A stretch of DNA of 64,000 nucleotides, taken from Macrostomum lignano (taxonomy: Eukaryota). Below are positions 11,831 to 25,796 of this stretch, in pieces. The notes beneath the pieces are model-generated. The model ran no database searches. It was not told where the DNA came from and saw only the letters and a program-made list of their open reading frames with translations. The first letter of the stretch is position 1; every line of letters starts with the position of its first letter. The position numbers and the translations under genes were made by a program. The stretch covers positions 434,001-498,000 of the forward strand of contig NIVC01000269.1 in NCBI GenBank assembly GCA_002269645.1, in the 5' to 3' direction.

Positions 11831-12529
11831 TTTATTCACCTTCACTGACACTCAAGATACCCCAGTGACCACACAGATATCTAATGTGCCGCATCATAGC
11901 ATTCATTATCAGTGACCCTAAAAGCATATTCTACACTATAACAGAGCCATAAAGCCTATATGACTAAGCTATTAATATCTATAATTAAAATCAATTGAGT
12001 AAAAAGAAAGAAATTAAAGAAACCTAGCTCGTTGACTTGAAACAAAAAAATTAAATTAAGTATATATTAGATTAAATTACAATTGTTACCGTAGAAATAT
12101 GACATTTCAACACAGCGTGGAACCAACTAACTTACTTTTAATTTCCTTACTTCGATTTTTTAAACTACGAACGCAAAAAGCTTAATTGTTTTTACATGCC
12201 ATTCTATTATGCTACTAGTTATTATAACATATTCACTCTATGTACAGTTTTAAAAAAACTAGAAATAAAAAATGAAAATGAAATTTAAGAATATTTCCAT
12301 ATCTCGGTATGATATTGTTCATTGCATTAGCAGCGGAGACAGAGTGACAGATATACAAATATATATGCACATCAAGATAGAAAATTATATAATAATATAA
12401 TATAAGCCTACAGCGCTTACGCTTCTTTACCGTGTGCTACTGTGTGAATGTGCGTGTGCGTTATTGTTCCGGATAAACTGTGCTAAGCTGACAGCGGATG
12501 GCGGAGAGGATTGAGGGGGGGGCGGACGG

Positions 12530-13260
12530 ATGGGAGGCTGAGGAGTGGATGGGAAAGCGGACAAGGGGTGGAAGGGATGCATGCGGCGGACACGATGGGA
12601 TGATGATGGGAGCGGATGGGGGCGAATGGGGAACAGAGAAGCGGATATAGGGATAGAGGAGCGGACATGGGAGCGGATGGGGGGATAGAGGAGCGGATAT
12701 GGGAGCGGATAGAGGAGCGGATATGGGAGCGGATGGGGGGATAGAGGAGCGGATATGGGAGCGGATAGAGGAGCGGATATGGGAGCGGATGGGGGGATAG
12801 AGGAGCGGATATGGGAGCGGATGGGGGATAGAGGAGCGGATATGGGAGCGGATAGAGGAGCGGATATGGGAGCGGATGGGGGGATAGAGGAGCGGATATG
12901 GGAGCGGATGGGGGGATAGAGGAGCGGATATTGGAGCGGATGGGGGGATAGAGGAGCGGATATGGGAGCGGATGGGGGGATAGAGGAGCGGATATGGGAG
13001 CGGATGGGGGGAAAGAAAAGCGGACATAGGAGCGGAGGTGAGAGGATATGAGAGCGATATGGCTGTTGGGAAAGAGGATATGTGGGCGGATGGGGGCGGA
13101 TAGTAGAGCGATGGGGAGCGGATGGGGGCGGATAGAAGAGCGATGGAGAGCGGATACGGTGGCGGATGGGGGCGGACGGAAGAGCGAATGGGGAACGAAT
13201 ATGGGGCGGATAGAAGAGCAAGGGGGTGGATATTGGAGCGGATGGGGCGGATAGGTGATA
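12530..13260. repeat. Purine-rich minisatellite with 32/20-bp units, intergenic
   Basis: Unit gaggagcggatatgggagcggatggggggata; source of three overlapping spurious minus-strand ORFs. Confidence 0.9.
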
Positions 13261-14105
13261 GATGGGTGTAGTGAATGCGAGTGGAGACATAAGAAAGAAA
13301 GATAACTACAAGTACGCATGAATATTCTGTGAGATGCAGCGCACAAACAAGGTTAAACAAAAATGTTAAATAAGTGACACATACTAGTAATAGACAGATA
13401 TAATTAACAGAAGGCTCAATATAAGTCGACAACACATACAGATGTACATATTACAATGTGCATGAATATAGCTATCCCTGGAGGAGAAACAATATTTGTC
13501 ATTAAACAAAACAATATATTTACAAAGTGGACACATTAAGCGCTTGAGTGCGCGCAAACCAAATTATCAGACTGTTATTACTCAAACTAAGCAACTAACT
13601 TCTAGCAAAGCGGCAACGACAATAAGCAGCACGACAAACTTAAGATACCTAAGGTAGAAGACGTTGTACTTATAAAAACCAAATATAAACAGCGTGAGCT
13701 AATAAATTAACAATGAGGAATTACTTTCGTTGTGCTCAATTTAGAGTACAGATATCCAAATTTGAAAACCTGTAGAATGCAGGCAGGTTAGGCCATAGAC
13801 AACACGCCTGATTCTCGCGCCACACGACCCTTCTGTGAATATTATTATACGTCTATGTCTATGGCCCAACCTGTCTTGTCTTTACTCTATTAGGCTTCTA
13901 ACTTAAATGTCAATTCTCTAACTTGGCGAAACAAAAGCTGTAACTATGTGTGGGTGTACATAAATTTATAAGAAAAATTCAGTATAATTTCATTTTTATA
14001 TAAATCTTGACCTTAGCCTACAGTAGCTAGTTGAGAATAAGCGTCAGTAAAAATGAGATCACGGAAAATATTACATAAATAAATATTGTTTATTTAAAGT
14101 TATAC

Positions 14106-17100
14106 TCAACCGCTTCGGAGCCTGCTAGACTTGAACAGCTCCATCAAGAGGCTGTTAGTCTCCAGATAGGGGCTCAAATCTTTGCCAGCCAGCATTGCCC
14201 AAGCCGCAGTTGCTGTGCGCTTCAAGTCTGCCACTTTGAGAAACAATTCCGCAAATTTGTTCGGCTCATTTGGACAGGCGGTCACCGTGTGGGCCATGAG
14301 AGACTGGCACATCTCGTCTAGGCAGGCTCGCACCTGCGGCGGTGTGGGCAGTTTCAGGGAATCACTCTCGATTCTGTATGACCTCATTCTAACTTATCTA
14401 TGACCTCTCTATCTTTTCTCTGTTATTTCCTTCTAACTTTTCTATGACCGCACTAGCCCTTGTCTATGACCACACTATCCCTTCTTTATGACCTCACAAT
14501 CCCTTCTTTATGACCTCACTATCCCTTCTCTATGACCTTACTATCCCTTCTCTATGACCTTACTATCCCTTTTCTATGACCTTACTATCCCTTCCCTCCT
14601 CTATGACCTCTCTATCCCCTTTCTATGACCTCACTATCCCTTCTCTATGATATCTGTTCTCACTTCTATTTCGACGACTGCACTTTTCACAATCTATGAC
14701 CTCACAACCTCTTTCTGTGATCTCACTATCTTTCCTCTATGACCTCATTCTACGTTCCCTTTCACGTCACTCTTCACTTTCTATGACCTCATTTATCCCC
14801 TCTTTATGACCACACTCTTCTCTATGACCCCACTATCTTTTTCGCTATGGCTCTAGCTGTCAACGATCTTATTCTCATAGCAAAAACGATCTTAATTTCC
14901 CTTCTCTATGACTTTATACAAATTAATTAAAAATCTCATTCTCCATCAATCCCAAATCTCACCTTTTCAGGACAAGACAAGCCCTGGGCGTCCGGCTGCA
15001 TGAGCACGATAACTTTCAGACAGGCGTACTCAGTCAAGCTCAACCCAATCCGGCACAGATCTCCAGTCAGGGCGAGTATCTCTCCAACAATACCATGGGC
15101 GCCGAGCTCCCTAGCGGCCTCTAAATTGATGCACTTATTAGCTGTCAATCTGATCTCACTAGGAGTCTGTAAGGAGCGCCAGCAGCAGTCGAAGCAGAGC
15201 AGTTCTACCCAGCAGTTCTGCAGCAGAGCGATCTGATCCTCTGTGCTAACCGTATTAAACGCTGGCAGATGCCGGGACCAACGAACCAACCGGTACAGGC
15301 GCCGCTCAGCCAATAGCAGCAGAGCTCGATAAACTGCAGTCTCATCTGCGGCAGATTCAGCCAAATCTAAACTGTCCTCCTCGTGCATAACCATGCGCTC
15401 GCTGTTGACTGCTTCAATTATGCAGGTAGGCAGACTGGAAGCTGACGAGTCTGATGAAGGATCAGTCTGCTGTTGCTGCTGCTGTTGTTGCTGGGAGCTT
15501 GCCAGCGTTGAAGATTCAGTAGAATTGGAGGACAAAGAAGTCTGAGAGAGCTGAGCGGCGCCTGATGAAGAAGCAACGGCAACAGTTGCGGAAGCAGCAA
15601 CGGAAGTAGGAGCAGCTGGAGCAGCAACAACAGAGTTCTGCTGCAGCCGCATGCCGGTGTACAAGGACCGACCGCCGCGGGTTCGATCGCCGCGAATTGC
15701 TTCAACTTTCATGCCCTTCTCCAGGCATTTGCGCATGCGGCAGGCTGGGCACTTTTTCCTGCCGCGTTGTGGGGGGAGTTGGGGTACTGGGGTTGCTTTT
15801 ATGGGTGAAGAATGAGCTTTGGGGGCGATTCTCAGATAGTTATGGGTGACTCTTAGATAGTTAGGGGATTCTTAGATAGTTAGGGGCGATTCTCAGATAG
15901 TTAGGGGCGATTCTTAGATAGTTAGGGGCGATTCTTAGATAGTTAGGGGCGATTCTTAGATAGTTAGGGGCGATTCTTAGATAGTTAGGGGCGATTCTCA
16001 GATAGTTATGGGTGACTCTTAGATAGTTAGGGGATTCTTAGATAGTTAGGGGCGATTCTCAGATAGTTAGGGGCGATTCTTAGATAGTTAGGGGCGATTC
16101 TCAGATAGTTAGGGGCGATTCTTAGATAGTTAGGGGCGATTCTTAGATAGTTAGGGGCGATTCTTAGATAGTTAGGGCGATTCTCAGATAGTTAGGGGCG
16201 ATTCTCAGATAGTTAGGGGCGATTCTCAGATAGTTAGGGGCGATTCTCAGATAGTTAGGGGCGATTCTTAGATAGTTAGGGGCGATTCTCAGATAGTTAG
16301 GGGCGATTCTTAGATAGTTAGGGGCGATTCTTAGATAGTTAGGGGCGATTCTTAGATAGTTAGGGCGATTCTCAGATAGTTAGGGGCGATTCTTAGATAG
16401 TTAGGGGCGATTCTTAGATAGTTAGGGGCGATTCTCAGATAGTTAGGGGCGATTCTTAGATAGTTAGGGCGATTCTCAGATAGTTAGGGGCGATTCTTAG
16501 ATAGTTAGGGGCGATTCTTAGATAGTTAGGGGCGATTCTTAGATAGTTAGGGGCGATTCTCAGATAGTTAGGGGCGATTCTTAGATAGTTAGGGGCGGCG
16601 ATTCTTAGATAGTTAGGGGCGATTCTCAGATAGTTAGGGGCGATTCTCAGATAGTTAGGGGCGGCGATTCTTAGATAGTTAGGGGCGGCGATTCTTAGAT
16701 AGTTAGGGGCGATTCTTAGATAGTTAGGGGCGATTCTTAGATAGTTAGGGGCGATTCTCAGATAGTTAGGGGCGATTCTTAGATAGTTAGGGGCGATTCT
16801 TAGATAGTTAGGGGCGATTCTCAGATAGTTAGGGGCGATTCTTAGATAGTTAGGGGCGGCGATTCTTAGATAGTTAGGGGCGATTCTCAGATAGTTAGGG
16901 GCGATTCTCAGATAGTTAGGGGCGATTCTCAGATAGTTAGGGGCGATTCTCAGATAGTTAGGGGCGATTCTCAGATAGTTAGGGGCGATTCTTAGATAGT
17001 TAGGGGTGATTATTAGATAATTAGGGGTGATTCATAGATAATTAGGGGATTCTTAGATAATTAGGGGTGATTCATAGATAATTAGGGGTGATTCTTAGAT

Positions 17101-19117
17101 AATTAGGGGTGATTCATAGATAATTAGGGGATTCTTAGATAATTAGGGGTGATTCTTAGATAATTAGGGGTGATTCTTAGATAATTAGGGGCGATCCTTA
17201 GACAGTTCAGGAGTGATTCTTATAGACAGTTCATGAGTGATTCTTATAGACAGTTCATGAGTGATACTCAAATGCAAAACGATAATATGGGTTCATTTAA
17301 GGTCATACCTGGACAGCAGAGACATCTCGCAGGCAGACTGGCTACCCCTGTGACAAACGTAGGTCTTGCGATTTTGCACAGTTCGTTTAAAAAATCCTTT
17401 GCACGACTCGCATGAGAAAATGCCGTAGTGATAACCGGAGATTTTGTCACCGCAGACTGGGCACGGGCCCATGTTAGTGAACTGCTTAATGTACTGCTGC
17501 CACGGAGAACCATTCACGCAGCCGCTGCCACCGATTGTAATGCCGCTGCCTGCGCTGCTGCTGCTGCCTGCATGGCCGGCGACGCCACCAGCTCCGTCAG
17601 GCTGAGACGGCGTTGATGGTGCCGAGGAGAATGTCGTCTGGATATTTAATGGTGAGGGGTAGAAGCCTCACTAATTGATAAGGAGTGGGGTAGAAGCCTC
17701 ACTAATAGATAAGGGCTGGGAGAAGCCTTACTAATAGATAAGGGCTGGGGAGAAGCCTCACTAATAGATAAGGGCGGGGGTAGAAGCCTCACTAATAGAT
17801 AAGGGCGGGGGTAGAAGCCTCACTAATAGATAAGGGCGGGGGTAGAAGCCTCACTAATAGATAAGGGCGGGAGTAGAAGCCTCACTAATAAATAAGGGGT
17901 GGGGTAGAAGCCTCGATAAGGATTGGGGTAGAAGTCTCACTAACAGATAAGGGGTGGGGTAGAAGCCTCACTATTAGACAAGGGCTGGGGAGAAGCCTCA
18001 CTAATAGACAAGGGCTGGGGAGAAGCCTCACTAATAGATAAGGGCTGGGGTAGAAGCCTCACTCATAGATAAGAATGGGGTAGAAGTCTCACTAATAGAT
18101 AAGGGCTGGGGTAGAAGCCTCACTCATAGATAAGAATGGGGTAGAAGTCTCACTAATAGATAAGGAGTGGGGTAGAAGCCCGACTAATAGATAAGGGCTG
18201 GGAGAAGCCTCACTAATAGATAAGGGCGGGGGTAGAAGCCTCACTCATAGATAAGAATGGGGTAGAATACTCACTCTAACATGTAGAATATGAAAAATTG
18301 ACACCTATTTTACCTGTTCAATCTTCGGTCTAACAGAGACAAGCTTTTTAAACTGAGGCTGCTGCTGCACAGACTGCGGTTGCAATTGAGGAATCAGTAT
18401 TGGTTGCTGCTGCTGCTGTTGCTGAGTCTGCAGTTGAAAATTTGCAGCCGCAGAATCGATAGGAATTAGCAAGACATTTCCGCTAGTAGCGGCGATTCCC
18501 GGAGCAGCAGCAGTTGCTGTAGCAGCAGCGGGAGCACAGGTAGCCATAATTGGTTTATTATTTAACAGCAACACCTGCTGCGTTGTAGTTGCTATGGCAG
18601 CATTAGATGGACACTGTATACTAGTGACTATAGGCGCATTGTTGTCCACAACAACAGACGCTGTTGGCATGGTAACTACAGACACTCTCCTATGCTGCTG
18701 CTGTTGTTGCAGTTGAAATTCTGGTTCAGGTTTAACCACAGACAATACTGGACAGCTGGGCGTGCTACTCTGCTGTGGCTGAGTTCTGATGATGATTTTC
18801 TGACCCAAGTTAGCCGAATCGTCTGAACCATCAATGGCTCCAGTGAGGCTACTGGAATTTCTCAACTGAGCCAGAACTGCTGACAATTTCTGTTGCAGAG
18901 CCATTGGATCTGACAACTCAGATGAGGTCAATACGATTTCAGCGGCTGCTGGCAACTGCTGAGAAGACAATTGTTGTTGTTGCTGCAGTGGCTGCTGAGT
19001 CTGAATAGTTGGCCCAGATGACGAGCCAACAAGATTAAACAGAGCTGCAATCTCTTCGGCAGATGTGGGCGTCATGTTTGTAGCAGAAGCAGGATTTGTT
19101 GATGTTGTGGTTGCCAT
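14106..19117 (-). CDS. Hr39: Nuclear receptor NR5B (Hr39/FTZ-F1beta-like), 4 coding exons, about 718 aa
   Basis: Exons 19117-18314, 17637-17309, 15758-14963 and 14333-14106 join in frame through GT-AG sites. [34 protein letters not shown] (ESCKG P-box) ..[25 protein letters not shown] matches the Hr39-type box ([10 protein letters not shown]) rather than the NR5[33 protein letters not shown] and AF-2 LLMELF. Confidence 0.9.
14378..14915. repeat. Degenerate minisatellite of about 20 bp in Hr39 intron 3
   Basis: Recurring ctatgacc(t)cactatccct. Confidence 0.85.
15815..17260. repeat. 21-bp minisatellite filling Hr39 intron 2
   Basis: Unit gatagttaggggcgattct(t/c)a, roughly 60 copies. Confidence 0.97.
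17660..18272. repeat. Minisatellite of about 31 bp filling Hr39 intron 1
   Basis: Unit agaagcctcactaatagataagggc(t/g)gggg(t). Confidence 0.92.
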
Positions 19118-20448
19118 GGTTTCTACTGCACTGTGAGGCTTTTTGATAGTTATTTACAGACAATTATTGAACAACATCGACAACTGCATCCCCAGATGGG
19201 ATGATAGCTTATGCCTAATAGCTGGACTGAATTCATGAATTGAAATTTACATTCATGAATACACAATTAACCCACTTATATACATTATTATATATTGGCC
19301 TGTACAACCAACCTGCTCTCTAGAACAATTTGAATAAACAAAGCTATCTGTATTTTTTAACTATCAAGATCTTGAATCTTGATTTCAGATAAAAACTGCA
19401 AATGATTTTAGGAAGAAAATTCAGATTGAAAAAATACTTATAAGGACACTATATAAATATATACCAAATTAATATTTTAGCCTAATTGCAAATATAGCAT
19501 TTTGCAAGCTAGTAGAAACTACAAGCAAGCAATTTAATACAAGATAGGGCCTAGCAAAAACACATGCATTTTGAGCCTTGTTGCTAGTAGTCTATGGTAA
19601 AAAGTATGTCTAACCAGCAGGCAATTTAATCATTGGAACACTTATTTAAGCACAGAAATCCATAAACAGCGCTGTCTATGCTGTTCCACTCTCAGTTTCT
19701 TCAACATGTCAAAAAATGACCAAGCTAGCACCATTTGGAAGATATTGATCAACAGAATCACTGCCAAAGATGCTGGAGTGCCACCTATGTAATATGCTAA
19801 GATTAGTGACAAGAAGCATAGATTTTTTTCTATTCTATTTGATAAAAAATTATTTATCTAAAGCTAAGTAAGATTGCATTCTACTTAACTTAAACCAATT
19901 TTATGCCTAATATATAATTTCATTCTATAGCTTATTATCCTTTATCTATTAATGATAGGAAATCTACTATAGCAAAAATAGTTAAAACATTTGCAACTAT
20001 GCCCAAAAATTTTGATCTTAGTTAGGCCTAAAATATATAGGAAAACTATAGTTCTATAAAAAACATTATTGACATTTAGGCCTATAATAAAACTAAACCA
20101 ATTCTTTCAATTCATTTTATAGGCTTTAGTATATAAACACAAGTTAGCATAGGCCTAATAAAAGTTGTTTCTTAACTAGGAGCAACAAAGCTAATTTATT
20201 AAAAAAGTAAAAATAGAAGTAATCAAAATTTAAAGTATATCTTATATAAAAGATTAGCCAGGCCTAGTAAAAAACTAACCAACTAACTAAACAACTAATG
20301 AAAAAATGGCCCTTGGCACTTTTGAAATTCTATTGGATTGCCTTGACCCACTTTTTGGACTATATATTTTGTTTTGCTTAAATATAATGGTGTTGTGAAT
20401 TAAGGTTAATTGAATTGGCCTAGACAATATCTTATCTTCAACAAAATG

Positions 20449-20636
20449 TCAGGGGTGGTGGAGCCTAATATTTGAGGGGGGCACTAAGCACAGGGCAAGG
20501 GGGCATAGGTACCTTTATAAGCTGCTAATTAGGACCTAAAATCAGAAAAAAACACTAAAAATTACCACGTGGCGTGGACTCATTTTCTGGGAAGGGGGCA
20601 CATGCCCTCGGTGATGTAAGCTCCTGCTGCCCATGC
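20449..20636. mobile_element. Decayed MITE-like element
   Basis: Imperfect termini caggggtggtggagc / gctcctgctgcccatg; GC-rich island in AT-rich DNA; no TSD seen. Confidence 0.4.
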
Positions 20637-23589
20637 AAAATGTGTTGGCTAAAAAGAAAAATTGGCAATCTTTAAGTTTGTTTTACAATATTATTTTCAA
20701 GTTTGAAACAATACATCAACGTAGTAAAACAACAGAAAACATTAAAGCCATGTTAAAGAAATTATTGTAAATACAAAGCTGATAAAACTCTAGAGCGAGA
20801 GCAAGAGCAAGAGTCTAAGTGAAGTCAGTGAAATCAGAATGTCTTTAACAGTGCTATTTCACATCCTTTTTGGCCATAGACATCATTTTTTGATGTGTTA
20901 TTACATTGACATACCATTTCAAACTCAGAAATAATATTGCAAAACAAACTGGAAGATTGCCAAAAAAATTTATTTAATGTTTTTGTTGACATTTATTTTC
21001 TTAGGCCTACCAGGGTACATATAAATAAAGTCACCCTCCTTTAAAAGACTGGGCTTACAACCAGACAATGGTAGGGCTATGCTTATAACCCACAAATATA
21101 GTTGTGGAATACTATATTAGGCAATCTTCTCGAATTGTGTGTTTAATTATTTCTAGAATTATTTCGCCCTCTATAACTATTCAAGGGTGGTAGGGGATGG
21201 GGGTTGGAATTAAATGAATGATTCGAGAAGATAGCCCCATATTAGGCCCTATTTGTATTGTAAAAAGTAAGGGTAAGCATGACTGCATGAGCAAGCACAA
21301 AGATCCTAAAGCACAAAGTCAAAGAGGATGGCATTAATTTTAAGGCAGTGCTTATTCCCACAGTACTTTGGGAATAATGTACTATCTTATTCCACTGTGG
21401 AATAAGATCCAAACTTTTAAATTTTGATACAATAGGCCCTAGCTAAAGCATCCAAAAACATTTACATGGTTACTTTGACCATAATCCTCATGAAGCAGTA
21501 GGCCCCCCCTAGGCCTACTATTTAGGAACTCTACACACATGACACACATTATATAACCTACGACTTACGAGGCTACAACTACATTATTAATAACTAGTAA
21601 TATAAATAAATAGCTATATCAGATTTAAAGACATTATTTCCTCATTTAATTAAAAATCACTTTTGATACTCGGAGAATCGCTATATACATTGATAACATT
21701 AACATTTATAGGTATTAATTCATACACTGAACCCAAACATTTCAAAACAATCAACCAGACGGAAGAAAGAGGCCAGACTGGCGGGAAACACAGACAAACA
21801 GACAAACGGGACTGAGCTGCTGGAGCAAAGTTACAAAAGTTACAAAATGTAGTAGTAGTAGTAAGTTGGCTCAGGCAAGAAGCCTGTTTGGCCAATATAT
21901 TTCTGTGTATTTTAAGATTATTTCAGGAACAGAAGGCAATATTTTAGCATTAGTTATTTACTAGGCCCCCTACGATTACAAAGTACGAGTTTTGCAGTAT
22001 GGTATTTGAAATAACTAACGTGTAAATTTTGTTGACGAAACTTTGGACAACTAACGAGATGAAAGAAAAAGCAGGGAGTTAAAAGGTATTGCGTGCAATT
22101 TATGTATGTAGTTAGCGATATTGCGCAAAATAGTTTAGCCCATAGGTTATAAAAATAAGTGTTATATTAATAATGCATTCAACAAAATTCGTAAATTTAA
22201 ATTAATGACTTATAAGCCAAACATTATAATAAGTTCTATTTTGACACTAAATTCTCCCTAATTATTAAAAAACAATACAAATTGCATACTTCTAAAGTTT
22301 TTTAGAAATGTTTTTAGATTTGTCTACTGGATTCAAATTTTTGTAGATTGAATTTCCTTTTTTAAATTCCTATTTCTAACTAATTCTTTGAACTGGATGT
22401 CTGTCTGTCTGTTTGGCTTACATTAATTGCATTTCCTATTTTTGTTTGTCTATCACCCATGACCCATGTTAGCTGACTCCCCTATAATGGGAGATACTAT
22501 TATTTGTCAATCTATCTAATCATTCGACATTCTTATCATTTGGCATATTTAGTATGTTAGTTTTTAGAATTAGATTTTAATTTTTGGCTGTTCTCCAAAG
22601 TCTATTGCAGCCTTGGAAACTTGACCTTGAAGAAAACTTGATCTTAAGAAGTCTGAACATAAGAAGCATCTCGTCTCGAATCTTATCATATTGTCTTGAA
22701 TCTTAATCCAGAACAAAATCTCAATATCAGCCACCTGTAGAAAGAAAAATATAATGTTCCAATTTCCATCTATATTTTAATGGCACTGCTAGATCCATAG
22801 CCATTAGAAAATGAGTTCCGGTGCCGGAACTATAGCCATAGCTGCCTGTGGCAATGTCAGTACCCTGTTAACACATTTGGTCACTTTCTCTACTAGGTAG
22901 GGCCTAACCCATTGGGCATTACTACCCACTGCCACTAATTGGTTTTAATGATAATTTAAACTATTAAATACTTCAATGAGTTTTTGTAGAACATGATTTG
23001 TTGATTTGACAATGACATTTGTTAGTTTTATTGTTAATAATCATTTTCATTACATATAAACAGTTTATTTAAAATGAAAAAAATAATTTGACAAACAAAA
23101 CTATAGTTATGCTACATGTATTGTATAAATGTAAATAAATGTAGGCCTATAAATTTGTTATATTACAACAATTGGCATAGGGCTGGCCTAATCCTAGTTT
23201 ATTGCAATAAATTATTTCAATACTTTTTTGTTTTTTAGCTTAGGCCTAGCCTAACTAGTGAATCTACAATAGTTTACAAAATCATATCTCACTAAATCAT
23301 TGCAAGACTTCTACACTACCTAGGGGGGGCCTACAGAAGACTGCTATATCTATAGCCATTAGAAAATAGGTTTGAGTGCTAGAACTCTAGCCAATACTAG
23401 AATCTATAGTAGAATTAAAATGGACCAATATAGTAAATTGTGGAATATATAGTGGAATGGTTTTTACATGCCTGTATATTTTCATGTTTTTTCCTGCATG
23501 TTCTTATTTTTTAAGTTGTTGTGTACCTGCTATTGCATTTTCCTCTGGCCAATACCACCCTAAGATAGGCCTAGTTTCTCAATCCTGCA

Positions 23590-24030
23590 ACAATTTTAGA
23601 GACTTCCTTTGATTTTCCAACTAAGTTGGCTAAGACATTAAAGTTTGCTAAAGACAAGGTGACAGCAATTGACCGAGAGTGGCGTGCACTTACCCTTTCT
23701 GTTGCTACCAATGAGTTGTGCATCTCCTCAGACCAGGCTGAATCAAGTGCATTGGACTTTTGGTTCTTAATGGCCAAACACAAGAGCTTATCTAGAGAGC
23801 CAAAGTTTCTAAGCCTGTGGCAACTTGCTTTGGCCGTTCTAATAGTTCCGCATGGTAACTCTGATGCAGAATGTGCCTTCTTGAGCCTTGTGGATCTGCT
23901 TACTAGAAAATGCAACTCCTTGGATTCCTTCTCAGTCAACACATGCCTGTTGATCAATGGTTTTCTGAAGGCTGTGTCTTACTTGCAAAACATTCAAGTT
24001 TGGCCCAAAGTACATCGCCAAGGGCTTTAA
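23590..24030 (+). mobile_element. hAT-like transposase C-terminal (dimerisation-region) remnant
   Basis: ALDFWF..KFLSLWQLALAVLIVPHGNSDAECAFLS resembles the hAT FW..LA..L..P.S...ER.FS signature. Confidence 0.6.
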
Positions 24031-25796
24031 TGCCAGACAAAACCTGCCTGTTCAACAGCAGCACATGCAGAAAGAAAAAGAGCTTTGTGAGGCGTGCCTA
24101 GCACAAGAAGCTGCCAGTAGTTCTAGATCAGAGAAGGAAGAAAGGCTAGTAGATAAGATGCTGCAGCATAAGGATAAGCAGCAGCTGCTTGATGCCAAAA
24201 TGGAGAAGGCAAATGCCCTACTAGAAAAATACTAGCAAAAGATGATTGCCTTGCAAGTGAAGTGAAAGAAAGGCCAGCATTTGGCTAAAAACAAGCACAA
24301 AACATCTGATGTACACAAAAATTGAAAAGGGAGATGAACTATGAACAGATGTCATATGCAGATGATGGGGAAATGTGGTGTGCCCTTTTCATGCCTTTCA
24401 AGTCTTATAAGTATTTAATAGGTGCTCCAAATATTGAGTCATAATATGTGTGTTTTGTACATCTGATTTGGCTTGTTTCTTAATAAAAGACAATTCTTAA
24501 TTCTTATATTACTTTGTTTTCATAATGTTCCCTGAAAAACATAATAGACAAGTTGGTAAGCTTTGAGTTACATGTGAGAGTATACAAAAGGGACTTGTCC
24601 TTTGCAAGTAGGTTATTGCTTAATGTTCATGTAAGATAGGAAATGTGCCTACATTTTTTTTATTTTTAATACCTATTTGCCTATTATTCATGAGAAAACC
24701 TATATTTACTACTTTAAGCAGGCCTAATAGATATTGCATGCTATTATTTCTAGACTCTAATTTAGTTTGCCTTTAAATAGAATCATATTATATTTTTATA
24801 TCTTTTTTATATGGTTACATTATATTACCATAGGCATAGCTATATATGTTCAAGATTCAAATTTTTTGATTCCTATACTTTGGGTTTTACTTCAAGTAAG
24901 TAGAATCTGTAGTTCATTCTGCAATTTATCATTCCTTTGTAGATTCTGAATTTAACTGTGCTATTCTATTCAAATTCTACAATTTACTAGGTACCCTTAT
25001 TTCTAGACCTAGAAATAGGCTGTGTCATGCAATTATAGTTTGTATAAGCACAATAAATCATATTTAAGTTATGCAAATTTTAGTACTTTTAAAAATTTAA
25101 TAAGAAAAATATGTAGCTTAAAGTTGCAAATATGTTGTTTAACTTTTTTGCTAGTATATTGTAAATATACAAAGTATAACAGCTTTATTGAAAAAAAACA
25201 TTTGTATTTTTTATTTATATGTTTGTATTGATGCTAGAGGAGGCCTAAGCTAGAGTCTAGTAGATCTTAGACTCATTGTTAGTATAACCCACTATACTAA
25301 TGCATTTGCTTAGCATACTTGGTAAGCAAACTTGCAAGCAAGCATACTTGGTGATAGCATATAATCAAAAATATTTTTGGGTAACTTTAGTATATATGTA
25401 GGCCTAACATGATCTTGACTATGGAGCCTATGTGTGCAAATGCAGCCTCTGAAATTAGGCCTAAAGTCTGAACTTGCTACCTAATACCATAGTAGCCAAA
25501 GCTTAATTTTGACTGAGAGTATATTTTTTGTTTTATGACTTACTTAGGGCTAATCTGATTCTTTGTCTATCAATTTTGCAATTAAGTTGAATTCCTCCTT
25601 AATTAATGTATTTAGCACCATTGATTTACTATCAATGGTCTATACCATGGGCTATATATAGACTGCAAAGCCTCTTTATACAGCATGGCCTTTCAAGTAT
25701 TTTAAGTCTTAGTCTTAGTTATTGAATAGCCAATATCAGTAAATGAGATAGCACTTGGTGAATCTGTCAATCTGCCTAATGTACCAATTTGCAGCA

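Noticed and set aside
12427-13435. Three overlapping minus-strand ORFs of about 290-320 aa
   Set aside because: These are stop-free translations of a purine-rich minisatellite in all frames.
22790-23400. Two diverged direct repeats of about 55 bp (ctgcta..atagccattagaaaat..gaact) as LTRs
   Set aside because: They are too short, lack TG..CA termini, and enclose no coding remnant.
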